The translations under genes were made by a program, and so were the position numbers. DNA of 62,450 nt from a virus (Duplodnaviria > Caudoviricetes): positions 1 to 62,450 of IMG/VR virus record IMGVR_UViG_3300014720_000036; one strand, 5' to 3'. The notes under the pieces are model-generated. The model worked only from the letters and a program-made list of their open reading frames with translations. It was not told where the DNA came from and did not search any database. Positions 45,296 through 53,355 of this stretch are shown here, in pieces. How positions within the stretch are numbered: position 1 is the stretch's first letter; every line of letters begins with the position of its first letter.

Positions 45296-46279
45296 TCAGA
45301 CGGGGAGTTTGGGCTCGGAAGCCATGAAGTTGCGCTTCTTCATCGCCGTGAGTGCGACGATGCTCATCTCCTTGTCCTGTGGGCTCCAGTTCAGGACGAA
45401 GGGCATGTTGAGGTGATCCTTGCCGATGTCGAGAATGATCGCCTTCCAGTTGACCGACTTGCCCTTGATTTGTTGGGCGTACTTCGTGAAGGTCTTTCGG
45501 AAAGCGTCCTGCAACTCAGGGATGCTCACGGTTCCGCCGTATCCACGGCTACCGTTGATCCGCTCCCAGAAGTGCTTGGTGAATGCGATGTCGAGACCCG
45601 CCTGAGCGAACAGAGCGTCGAGCATCGACTCAAGCCGCTTGAGATCGTTCCATGTCACGAAGTTGTGTTCTTGCGCCTGTGCGGGCGCAAGCGAGCGCAC
45701 ACCCCCGCCCGTGCGTACACCTGCGCCCGTGGTCGGGCGACCCGTGATGATCGCCTCGCTGATGCCTCCCTTGAGACGGGCGAGGATTGCCTGAGGGATG
45801 CGGACCTTCTTGCGACCGATCTGTCGGCTGTCGCTGATGGAGTTCTCCTCAAGGGTCTCGTCAAGATCCCAAGGACCGTAGTGACCCGCCGAGAGCATCT
45901 TCTTCCGCATCTGCTCAAAGGTGTAGCGGAAGTAAGTGCCCACCTCGTTCGTTTTGATATTGCCGATGGCGTAGTAGACAGACTTCGGGATCTCAATTCG
46001 CTTGCCGTTGCTGTGGTCGTAGACGGTCTCTGCGTCCTCGACCCACGCATGGGCGAACCGCTGTCCCTTGACGGGTCCCTGACCGTAGACCAAGGCATGG
46101 ACCATGACGATCTTCCCCGCCTTGGCATCCTTGCTCTCTAGGTTCGTCCCCGTAGCCGCCTTGCCGAACTGCGCCGTCATCATCAGGAGGTTCGCCGCTG
46201 CGACCATGCAGTCGCCCGTACCCTTCTTGTAGTTCTTGCGCTTCGTAGCCTCGGCTATGTGTTCGTTGAACGACTTCAT
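45296..46279 (-). CDS. Putative internal head polyprotein (Cys-His transglutaminase-like module + alpha/beta module)
   Basis: Leader MKSFNEHIAE; GDC..HAWVE..VYD; LEE and ISE linkers; FTKHFWERIN module. Confidence 0.75.
   Translation of the reverse strand: MKSFNEHIAEATKRKNYKKGTGDCMVAAANLLMMTAQFGKAATGTNLESKDAKAGKIVMVHALVYGQGPVKGQRFAHAWVEDAETVYDHSNGKRIEIPKSVYYAIGNIKTNEVGTYFRYTFEQMRKKMLSAGHYGPWDLDETLEENSISDSRQIGRKKVRIPQAILARLKGGISEAIITGRPTTGAGVRTGGGVRSLAPAQAQEHNFVTWNDLKRLESMLDALFAQAGLDIAFTKHFWERINGSRGYGGTVSIPELQDAFRKTFTKYAQQIKGKSVNWKAIILDIGKDHLNMPFVLNWSPQDKEMSIVALTAMKKRNFMASEPKLPV
45672..45746 (+). repeat. Dispersed TGCGCCCGTG-family repeat cluster
   Basis: tgcgcctgtgcgggcgc..cgcccgtgcgtacacctgcgcccgtgg. 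Confidence 0.65.
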
Positions 46280-46569
46280 CGGGTCCTTGACTGCCACTCG
46301 GGCGTAAGGGGCAGACTCCTGTCGGTGACCGCCTTGGTTTGGTTTGCTCCCGCCGCCTTGAGCCACCTGAGGATGTGATCCCTGCGACTATTCGCTTCCT
46401 CGGCGTTCCGTATCTCCCACGGCTTCATCCGCTTCTTCTCTTCTTGGGATGGCTCATAGTCCTCGACATCGAACTCTCCCCTCACTTCATCCACGGCGAA
46501 GTCCCTCGTTGAATAGACCATGTTCGCCGTGCTGTTCGTTTCCATGATGTGTTGGAGGAAGGTTTTCAC
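46276..46569 (-). CDS. Putative internal head protein
   Basis: GTG start KTFLQHIME; CTAAATA at 46576-46582. Confidence 0.7.
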   Translation of the reverse strand: MKTFLQHIMETNSTANMVYSTRDFAVDEVRGEFDVEDYEPSQEEKKRMKPWEIRNAEEANSRRDHILRWLKAAGANQTKAVTDRSLPLTPEWQSRTR

Positions 46570-46596
46570 ATGCCGTATTTAGGGTTTCCAAAAGAT

Positions 46597-46630
46597 AAGG
46601 GAGGGAACCCCGAGGGCTCCCTCCCTGTTT
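46597..46630 (-). terminator. Intrinsic terminator
   Basis: agggaggga..tccctccct stem followed by TATCTTTT on the minus strand. Confidence 0.6.
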
Positions 46631-46647
46631 CCTTGCCAAGGCGGCGG

Positions 46648-46806
46648 TCACTTCGTCATCGTGGTGATGGCGGTGTGGAGGGCGGTCCACACGGTGTTCA
46701 GCCCGTTGAGGGCGAACGGAATGACGGCGAGGAAGAGAACCACATGGATCGGGTTCCTCCAACAGAAGCCGCCCTTGGTCGGGCAGCATTCGGTGCTGTT
46801 CTTCAT
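46648..46806 (-). CDS. Small membrane protein
   Basis: MKNSTECCPTKGGFCWRNP + hydrophobic helix; AAGGAG ribosome binding site. Confidence 0.65.
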   Translation of the reverse strand: MKNSTECCPTKGGFCWRNPIHVVLFLAVIPFALNGLNTVWTALHTAITTMTK

Positions 46807-46851
46807 TTCTGACTCCTTCTTCTTGAGATTGTTGGTGTTGATGTACATGAT

Positions 46852-47622
46852 TTAGAACTTGATGCCGACACCAAGGCCGACGATCAGGTCAGTCTCGGGG
46901 ACGGAGATGCTCTGCGTGATGGGGAAGTCCACCTTCGCTTCGATGGACACGGTGCTGCTTGGGGTCCAACTCACGACAGGACCGAGGAAGATCTGATCTT
47001 CGCTGACATCGATGTAGTAGATCTGAGTCAGTTCGGCTGCGAGACCGAGGTCGCCCCACTTGTAGCCGAGGTTGCTGCCGAGGGTGAGGATGTCCGAGTC
47101 GGTCTTCGCACCGAGCCACGGGGTGTAGGCACCGCCTCCAACGAAACGGAACTCTGCGGTCTGCGTGAAGTCGAACACCCAAACCTTACAGCCGAGGTCG
47201 CCCGTGAAGAACGGATCGACATTGGACGAATCGAATGCCTCCGAACCAACAGGAAGGTACACACCGCCACCAAGAGCCAGATTCCACTCACCGAGGAATT
47301 CATTGGTTCCTTCTGCGGCGACGAACTGACCACCGACAGCGAGGTTTGCGATGCTTGTCTCATCGCCCTGATTGTACACGGGCACAGAGACGAAGACCTC
47401 GGTTCCCTCGTTGAGCGAGAGGGTGAAGGTCGTGTCGAAGGCGAGAAGATCCTCGCCACCGTCGAAGGTGTGGTAGCCGAAGTCCTCATGGATCGACCAC
47501 TTGATGTCCGAGACAGCCGCCTTGATCGACGGCTCGTCCTGCGGATTGCTGCCCTGTGCGAGGGCAGTCGTTGCGAGGAGGGCTGCGATGCCCATCCCCA
47601 CCATGTTCTGCTTGCTGATCAT
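46852..47622 (-). CDS. Outer-membrane beta-barrel protein with signal peptide
   Basis: Signal peptide ..LLATTALA; amphipathic strands; C-terminal beta-signal VGLGVGIKF. Confidence 0.8.
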   Translation of the reverse strand: MISKQNMVGMGIAALLATTALAQGSNPQDEPSIKAAVSDIKWSIHEDFGYHTFDGGEDLLAFDTTFTLSLNEGTEVFVSVPVYNQGDETSIANLAVGGQFVAAEGTNEFLGEWNLALGGGVYLPVGSEAFDSSNVDPFFTGDLGCKVWVFDFTQTAEFRFVGGGAYTPWLGAKTDSDILTLGSNLGYKWGDLGLAAELTQIYYIDVSEDQIFLGPVVSWTPSSTVSIEAKVDFPITQSISVPETDLIVGLGVGIKF

Positions 47623-47723
47623 TCATACTCCTTTGTTGCCCCCCCTTGACGAGGGGGTGCGGTTACTTATGCGTGAAGTCGCTCTTGGGAATGCGATCTT
47701 TACGCTCGTAAAAGATTGGAAAC

Positions 47724-47758
47724 GAAAACCCCCCGCTATTGCGTAGCAAGGGGTTTTC
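47724..47758. terminator. Hairpin terminator
   Basis: gaaaacccc..ggggttttc inverted repeat downstream of the large polyprotein. Confidence 0.6.
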
Positions 47759-47781
47759 AATCTTATTGAACTTTGGCTCTG

Positions 47782-50700
47782 TTACGAAGCGTAGGGCATT
47801 CCCATTTCATCGCCCTTGGCGGAGAGGAACTCTCGCCACATCTTTTCCGCCTCAGGTCCCGAGTAGATCTTCTTCCCGTTCGGGTAGTACAGGACTTCCT
47901 CGCCCTTCTTGAAAGCCCTGCCCTTGGCATCGACTCCCGCATACTTCGCCGTGATCCATCGGGGGTCGCCCGAGTATGAGGACGAACGGAAACCCGAACG
48001 GCGGTAGTACTCGTTGACCTCGACCGATTCCTTCTTCACCCCGCCACGCTTCCACTTGGAGGGCGGGTTGATCGCCTTCCTGAACGCCGCACCCGCATCG
48101 AACGGCTGCGACAGGTCGAGTACCTGCACCCTGAACGAGTGGAAACCCTTCGCCGCCGCCAATTTCTTCACCCGCTCGACATCCTGCGGGGACTTGCCCT
48201 GCGTGTAGATCGGCTGCGAGTGCAGTTCGTCGGTTTCGCCGCTCGGGATCGCCCAAAGGATGTATTCCTTCGCCTCGGTCAGCGCATCCGCTTCCTCTCC
48301 GATCCGACCGATGCCGATGCCGTGGTTGAGGAACCAATCGTATTCGGAAGTCTTCTGCGCTTGCCCGAATCCGCCCGACTCGGCTCGGATGATCGTTATG
48401 GCACCCACATTGAGACGGAAGCCGCCGTTCGGAGCCATGCTCAAGTAGCCCTTGATGATGCTTCGGGCGTTGCGGGGATGCGGGAACTCGACATCGTATG
48501 ACACCCCGTAGTGCGAGTAGTCGCCGCTGCGGTAGAGTTCCCCACCCGACTTGACCGTTACGAGGATGTCTGCCAACTTGTACTTCTTGCCCTTGTTCAA
48601 CTTCATCGGGGCAACTTCGCCCTTGAAGAAGGTGGCATACTTGTCCGACTCGGTCAGCGGATCGGTATCCTCCTCGACGCTCTCGGTCGTGACCCGCAAT
48701 CCCATCATTCCGAACACGCCCTTGATGTGATCCCTGACCGTGGGGTTTCCCTTGCGTGACGAGTTGATGTACGCATCGCTCCCATCAAACTCAATCGTGA
48801 ACTGATGGTCTAGTGGTCTGTCATGCTCAAACGACCATTGCTTCATCCCACCCGAAGACTTGGGTGCGCCGAAGATCGACCTGAGTTCGTTCTCCTTCAC
48901 ACCATGAAGCACGAACTCGGTGTTGTCGCCCGAGACAGTCTTGCTCGACTTCTTGTATTGGAAATTTCCGAAACGCCTCTTAGCCGTTTGGACATCAATG
49001 CTCTCCGTGACCTCGACCTTCTCCGTGACCTCGACACTCTCGGTCGTGTGCTTCTTGACGGTCACTTTCGATCCACCGAGCGTCTTCTTGTAGATGGCGA
49101 CGATGGCTTGCATGTCCGATTCGTTCTTGCACTCAAACCCATGGTCACGCATCTTGCTGCCCATGTTGAATCCCGAACCCGACATCATATTCGCAAGACG
49201 CTTGGGGAGTGCTTGGTATGCAGCCTCCATGCCGTCATAGTCCTTCGACATGATGCTGAACTCGACTGTCTTCGCCTCGGTCAGCGGATCGAAGGACTCG
49301 ACCTTCTCCGTGGAGTCCTCAAGGAGGTACTGATACGGCTTGAGCCACGCTCCCCATCGGAACTCGTCCTTATGGGTTCGGCTCTCCGTGACAGGCTCGG
49401 CAACGACCTCGACGCTCTCTGCCTTCACCCCAAGTGAGCGGAGTTGCTGCTTGAGCCTCTTGATCTCGTCTTCAGCCCGCTTCATCCGTACTGCGCCTCC
49501 CGCCATCGAAGGTCGGTTGCCGATCCCGACGATCTCGTTTTCGAGTTCTTGGATGCGCTTCCGAACCTGCGGGGCGGTCACATACTTGGCGACCTCTTTC
49601 TGATGGTCACGCTTCGCCTTGTCCAACGCCGCTTTCGCCTTCTGCTCGGTGTCATACCGACCGCCGAATGTCGTGCCGTTCACGGTGTCGTAGAAGACGA
49701 AGTAGGCGATCTCCTCCCATTCGGACTTCTCCGCAGGGGTGCGCCACGGCACGGCACCACCGCTTGAAACGGAACGACCCGTTTCCTTGTGCCTCCATGA
49801 GGAGGTGCGTATGACCTTGGTGTGATCCGTCCAATGGGAGTAGCCACCCATGCGAACGCCTTCGGAGACCTCGACGCTCTCTGCCTTCACCCGCTTCCTC
49901 GGGACATCGTATGCGGCAATGCTGTTCACGACCTTGCCGTCCTTGTCGAGGATGTTGACCCTGTGCCACCCGAAGACGGTGTTCTTGCCCTTCATGTCCT
50001 TGAATATGCCATCCATGTGTGCGGGAAGGGCTTGGATTGAGTTGATCTCCTTCGGGTGCTTGTATAGAACCTCTCCCTTGTAATTTACAAACTGAATCGT
50101 GAAGGGGGATGCCGCATCCCGCAGACCCTTGATGATCATGGGGTAGGGGATCACCGTGTATGGGCCTTCGGTGAGTTCTGCTTCGGCAACCTCGACCTCT
50201 TCCTTCACAGGACCGATGTAGCGGACATGTACGGACTTCTTATTTGAAGCCTTGAGAGCCTCTACGCCCTTGGTTTCTGCTTCCTTCGTGCTGCTTGCCT
50301 GAACCGTGATCTGTTGACCTGTCTTTGCGTGGAATGCAAGGTAGTTACTCAACTGCTCGTTGACCTCAAACGACTCTCCGTGGAATGTGTTGAAATAAGC
50401 GTTTATCACATCGGCAGCGTATGATCCGAGCAACTTCATCTGATTGATCGCAACACCGTGCTTCGTGAGGGTCTTGTTTATCATGGCGAATCGCTTCTGA
50501 AGACTTTTGATCTTCATCACCGTCTTGAGTTCGGTGATCGCTTCCTTCGGCAAAGAATACATGAAGTCTTCAATCGCAGTCTTCACGCCACCCTCGGTCA
50601 GCGGATCGGCGGACTCGACCACGGCATCCTTCTTGAACTTGTGCTTCACGAAGTCCTTGATGGCGTAATCGTGATCCACCATCTTCCTCTCGCTCCAAAG

Positions 50701-51339
50701 GGACTCGTAACTCTTGGGCTTCCCCGACGAGTCCTCCCTGAAGATCGCCGTCTCACCCCCCATAGAGGAGGACGAGACGATGTAGTACTCGGAGCCGTAC
50801 CGATAGAGGGTCTGACTTCCCATCTCCTTGACCAGTTTGATGCTGTCAACTGCCTCTTCGATCTGCTCTCCTTCGCCGACAAACCACTCGTAGAGGTCGG
50901 TGCCGTCGAGGTCGAGCGACTCGCCACGGACCATCGTGAGGTCGAGGCTGACGATGGCGTTGGTTCCCGTTGGGGACTTGATCTTGTTGAACTGCGTGGC
51001 GACCGATGCGACCGATCCCATGCTCTTGCGACGGGCGAGACCGTTGAAGGCGATGGTGAAGTCCCTTGCCTTCGCAGCATTGGCGAAGTACAACTTCATC
51101 TCCTGACCCTCGGTCTTCATGTGGATGATGCCACGCTCAAAGCCCATCCTCGTCAGGAGTTCACGGAACTTCGCCTCAAACTGATGCTTGCCCCAACCGA
51201 AGAGGGTCGGTGCAGCCTCGCCACCCGTGAGGACGGGTTCCTCGCCGATCATCCTTGTGATCTGATCGATCTTGGAGATGTTGGTTCCGCCATACTTTGC
51301 GGCTTCGGCAAGGATCTTGCGCTGATAGTGGTTCATCAT
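47782..51339 (-). CDS. 1185-aa modular polyprotein with repeated acidic protease-site-like linkers (putative virion cargo)
   Basis: Start MMNHYQRKILAE (AGGAG site; CTAAATA at 51369-51375); about 11 linkers such as VESADPLTE, ESVEVSE, ESFDPLTE and EEADALTE. Confidence 0.85.
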   Translation of the reverse strand: MMNHYQRKILAEAAKYGGTNISKIDQITRMIGEEPVLTGGEAAPTLFGWGKHQFEAKFRELLTRMGFERGIIHMKTEGQEMKLYFANAAKARDFTIAFNGLARRKSMGSVASVATQFNKIKSPTGTNAIVSLDLTMVRGESLDLDGTDLYEWFVGEGEQIEEAVDSIKLVKEMGSQTLYRYGSEYYIVSSSSMGGETAIFREDSSGKPKSYESLWSERKMVDHDYAIKDFVKHKFKKDAVVESADPLTEGGVKTAIEDFMYSLPKEAITELKTVMKIKSLQKRFAMINKTLTKHGVAINQMKLLGSYAADVINAYFNTFHGESFEVNEQLSNYLAFHAKTGQQITVQASSTKEAETKGVEALKASNKKSVHVRYIGPVKEEVEVAEAELTEGPYTVIPYPMIIKGLRDAASPFTIQFVNYKGEVLYKHPKEINSIQALPAHMDGIFKDMKGKNTVFGWHRVNILDKDGKVVNSIAAYDVPRKRVKAESVEVSEGVRMGGYSHWTDHTKVIRTSSWRHKETGRSVSSGGAVPWRTPAEKSEWEEIAYFVFYDTVNGTTFGGRYDTEQKAKAALDKAKRDHQKEVAKYVTAPQVRKRIQELENEIVGIGNRPSMAGGAVRMKRAEDEIKRLKQQLRSLGVKAESVEVVAEPVTESRTHKDEFRWGAWLKPYQYLLEDSTEKVESFDPLTEAKTVEFSIMSKDYDGMEAAYQALPKRLANMMSGSGFNMGSKMRDHGFECKNESDMQAIVAIYKKTLGGSKVTVKKHTTESVEVTEKVEVTESIDVQTAKRRFGNFQYKKSSKTVSGDNTEFVLHGVKENELRSIFGAPKSSGGMKQWSFEHDRPLDHQFTIEFDGSDAYINSSRKGNPTVRDHIKGVFGMMGLRVTTESVEEDTDPLTESDKYATFFKGEVAPMKLNKGKKYKLADILVTVKSGGELYRSGDYSHYGVSYDVEFPHPRNARSIIKGYLSMAPNGGFRLNVGAITIIRAESGGFGQAQKTSEYDWFLNHGIGIGRIGEEADALTEAKEYILWAIPSGETDELHSQPIYTQGKSPQDVERVKKLAAAKGFHSFRVQVLDLSQPFDAGAAFRKAINPPSKWKRGGVKKESVEVNEYYRRSGFRSSSYSGDPRWITAKYAGVDAKGRAFKKGEEVLYYPNGKKIYSGPEAEKMWREFLSAKGDEMGMPYAS

Positions 51340-51368
51340 GGTCGGTCGAACTCCTGATTGGATAGGAG

Positions 51369-51375
51369 TATTTAG
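51369..51375 (-). promoter_or_regulatory. T4-type late promoter CTAAATA
   Basis: Between a terminator and the polyprotein ribosome binding site. Confidence 0.7.
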
Positions 51376-51380
51376 CGATG

Positions 51381-51410
51381 AAGAAACCCCCCTCGGTACC
51401 GAGGGGGGTC
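51381..51410 (-). terminator. Intrinsic terminator
   Basis: ACCCCCCTCGGTACCGAGGGGGGT followed by TTCTT. Confidence 0.75.
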
Positions 51411-51590
51411 GGACGGGAGATGCTATCTCCCGTGGGGGCTTCAGCGAAAGAGTGGGGAACCGCTTCCAACCACCCACGGCACCATATTGACTTCCTCGTC
51501 GCCACGATGCCTTGCCCGTGAACATAGCCCCGCTAGCGAGGCATCACGGTGGTTTGCTATATCTATCGACCTCGGGATCTCTCCCGTTAG
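51411..51590 (-). ncRNA. Candidate structured RNA
   Basis: 180-nt intergenic region with stems GATGCCT/AGGCATC, CCGTGGG/CCCACGG and ACGGGAGA/TCTCCCGT, ending in a terminator. Confidence 0.45.
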
Positions 51591-51950
51591 TCAGAGCAGA
51601 ACCTCGATCTCGATTTTCGATGGCTTGAACGCCCGCCTCAGGTCGGCGATGACGGTCTCGGGCTTTGCATCGTTGGGGAGGTGGGTCATAGACCGACCCT
51701 TGATCTCTCCAGCGACATATGCGTAGTGTTCGGGACTGACGAGGGACTTCTTGTTCTTGGAGAAGTACACCTGTAGGAGTCCCCCTGCCGTGAGGAGGGC
51801 GACCATCCACATCCCCGCCACCTTGTTCGGCATGCCGAACATCTCGTTGACCTCGGAGGTCTTCCCAAGCGACTCGGTGAGGAGGTCGAGCGACTTGTTA
51901 CGGTAGCCGTACTTTGATGCCTCTCTCATGCGGTTCCAGTATGCGTCCAT
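51591..51950 (-). CDS. Hypothetical protein with LTE/VNE sites
   Basis: Start MDAYWNR with GGAG site; LLTESLGKTSEVNE. Confidence 0.65.
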   Translation of the reverse strand: MDAYWNRMREASKYGYRNKSLDLLTESLGKTSEVNEMFGMPNKVAGMWMVALLTAGGLLQVYFSKNKKSLVSPEHYAYVAGEIKGRSMTHLPNDAKPETVIADLRRAFKPSKIEIEVLL

Positions 51951-51960
51951 GTCTTCTCCC

Positions 51961-52314
51961 TTACTTGACCGTGATCTTTGCGATGCGAAGCGTGTCCTCA
52001 AGTCGGCTCTCGACAAGGGCATGACTCTCCCCCTGCTCCATGCGCTGCCTGATCTCAAGGATCTGAGCATGGAGTGCGGCGAACCTTGCGAGTTCTGCCA
52101 CGACCTTGCGCTCGACGCTCGTCATGCGGTCACGCACCTGCGCAGGGTTGCGCCCGTGCGTGGGCGTAGGCGTGGGCGTAGGCGTGGGCGTGGGTGCGCC
52201 CGTGCGCACGGGAGACTGCTCGGTCAGCGGATGCTGTTGGGTCGGCTGCACCTGTGTCGCCGAGTTCTTCCTACCGCCGAGGATTCCCATCGCATCCGAG
52301 ATGATGTCAGACAT
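51961..52314 (-). CDS. Hypothetical protein with PT tract and coiled coil
   Basis: Start MSDIISD with AGGAG site; HPLTE linker-like site. Confidence 0.6.
   Translation of the reverse strand: MSDIISDAMGILGGRKNSATQVQPTQQHPLTEQSPVRTGAPTPTPTPTPTPTHGRNPAQVRDRMTSVERKVVAELARFAALHAQILEIRQRMEQGESHALVESRLEDTLRIAKITVK
52149..52211 (+). repeat. Dispersed TGCGCCCGTG-family repeat cluster with 6-mer tandem
   Basis: tgcgcccgtgcgtgggcgtaggcgtgggcgtaggcgtgggcgtgggtgcgcccgtgcgcacgg. Confidence 0.8.
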
Positions 52315-52432
52315 GCTTGCTCCTCTCGCAACTCTCATGGTTGCGCTTGCGGTTGATCGTCTTGGTGCGGAGGTCAGCCTTGCGCTGACGCATCGACCTC
52401 CGCTTGAATCCACTCTTTCCACTCCGTGCCAT
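52307..52432 (-). CDS. 41-aa highly basic protein (below the ORF-track cutoff)
   Basis: MARSGKSGFKRRSMRQRKADLRTKTINRKRNHESCERSKHV*; GAGGT upstream; fills the gap exactly. Confidence 0.55.
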   Translation of the reverse strand: MARSGKSGFKRRSMRQRKADLRTKTINRKRNHESCERSKHV

Positions 52433-52439
52433 CACGACC

Positions 52440-53267
52440 TCACTTTCCGTAGGGTTTCATCACATCAATCTTTCCCGTGCCGATGGCGGTAGCCGCCTTG
52501 ATATGTTGGTTCTTCTCGGCATCGATGACAGGCATATTGATCCTGTTCGGGGCTCCGCTCGGTGGGCGAGTCGCCTTGAGTGCGGCGAACCTCTTGACAA
52601 GGAACGCCTCGCCCCCGATGCTCTTCAGCCAAGTCTCCGCCTTGTCCTTGTTGTAGAACCTTGGATCTATACCCTTGCCATTCACGACGGCATCGATCAC
52701 ATCTTTGTCGCTTGCGTCGTAGATGCTGATGTCCCCGCTCGGGGCTCCACGCCGTTGATTTCCATAGGCATCGCCTACGGAACGGAGTACGGGTATGAGA
52801 TCTCCGATGGGGAGACCGATCCTGATGCCCGTCACGCTAGCCGATGGATCGGAGAACATCGTCGCAGCCCACCTGTGGTGACCGTCGAGGATGTGGTTGT
52901 CGAGGCTGATGATGGCGGCGAGGTTGCCACCCTTCACGCCGCCGATTGCCATCCCGAGAGCCTTGCTCAAATAGATGTCCGTCTGTGAGGGCTTGAGATC
53001 CTTCGCAGGGATCGTATCGTTCTTCGCCTTGACTCGGTCATCGTTGGGCTGACCGTCACGCAGACCCTTGGTGAGGAACTCAAACCCCTTCTCTCTCGGC
53101 AGGGGATTCGGGAACTGCTTGGGGTCCACAAACCTCGTCGCCAAGTCCTCCACCAACTGCCCCTCCCACCCGTCCGAGATTGGATCGAACTTGGTGGTGG
53201 TGGACTTCGCAATTTCGTCGGCGATGCGCTTCGCCTCGGCGATTCGTACTCGTTGGTAGTGGTACAT
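52440..53267 (-). CDS. ParB/Srx-fold domain protein
   Basis: LKPSQ..ILDGHHRWAA; start MYHYQRVRIAE; CTAAATA at 53276-53282. Confidence 0.75.
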   Translation of the reverse strand: MYHYQRVRIAEAKRIADEIAKSTTTKFDPISDGWEGQLVEDLATRFVDPKQFPNPLPREKGFEFLTKGLRDGQPNDDRVKAKNDTIPAKDLKPSQTDIYLSKALGMAIGGVKGGNLAAIISLDNHILDGHHRWAATMFSDPSASVTGIRIGLPIGDLIPVLRSVGDAYGNQRRGAPSGDISIYDASDKDVIDAVVNGKGIDPRFYNKDKAETWLKSIGGEAFLVKRFAALKATRPPSGAPNRINMPVIDAEKNQHIKAATAIGTGKIDVMKPYGK

Positions 53268-53288
53268 GATCCACATATTTAGCCAAAG

Positions 53289-53327
53289 AGAAACCCCCTG
53301 TGAACCGAGGCTCACGGAGGGTCGGGG
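53289..53327 (-). terminator. Probable intrinsic terminator
   Basis: ccc-tgtga..tcacg-gaggg stem with TTTCTCTTT on the minus strand. Confidence 0.5.
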
Positions 53328-53355
53328 AAAGGATCTCGTTGTTGTCAGTCGTTCG

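Noticed and set aside
47782-51339. CRISPR array interpretation of the recurring ~27-nt linker repeats
   Set aside because: The repeats are degenerate, in frame within one ORF, and spaced 70-450 nt apart irregularly. No cas genes are present.
51441-51460. c-di-GMP-I riboswitch resemblance (CGAAAGAGTGGG on the plus strand)
   Set aside because: The flanking GCAAAC and GCAAAG elements and the P2 pairing are absent on that strand.
51340-51525. N-terminal extensions in the ORF track (also for gp43, regA, gp62, gp44, gp45, 12581-13786, 40064-40573, 41012-41542 and 52440-53372)
   Set aside because: They run through terminators, promoters, tRNAs or upstream genes. Downstream starts have ribosome binding sites or match family N-termini.
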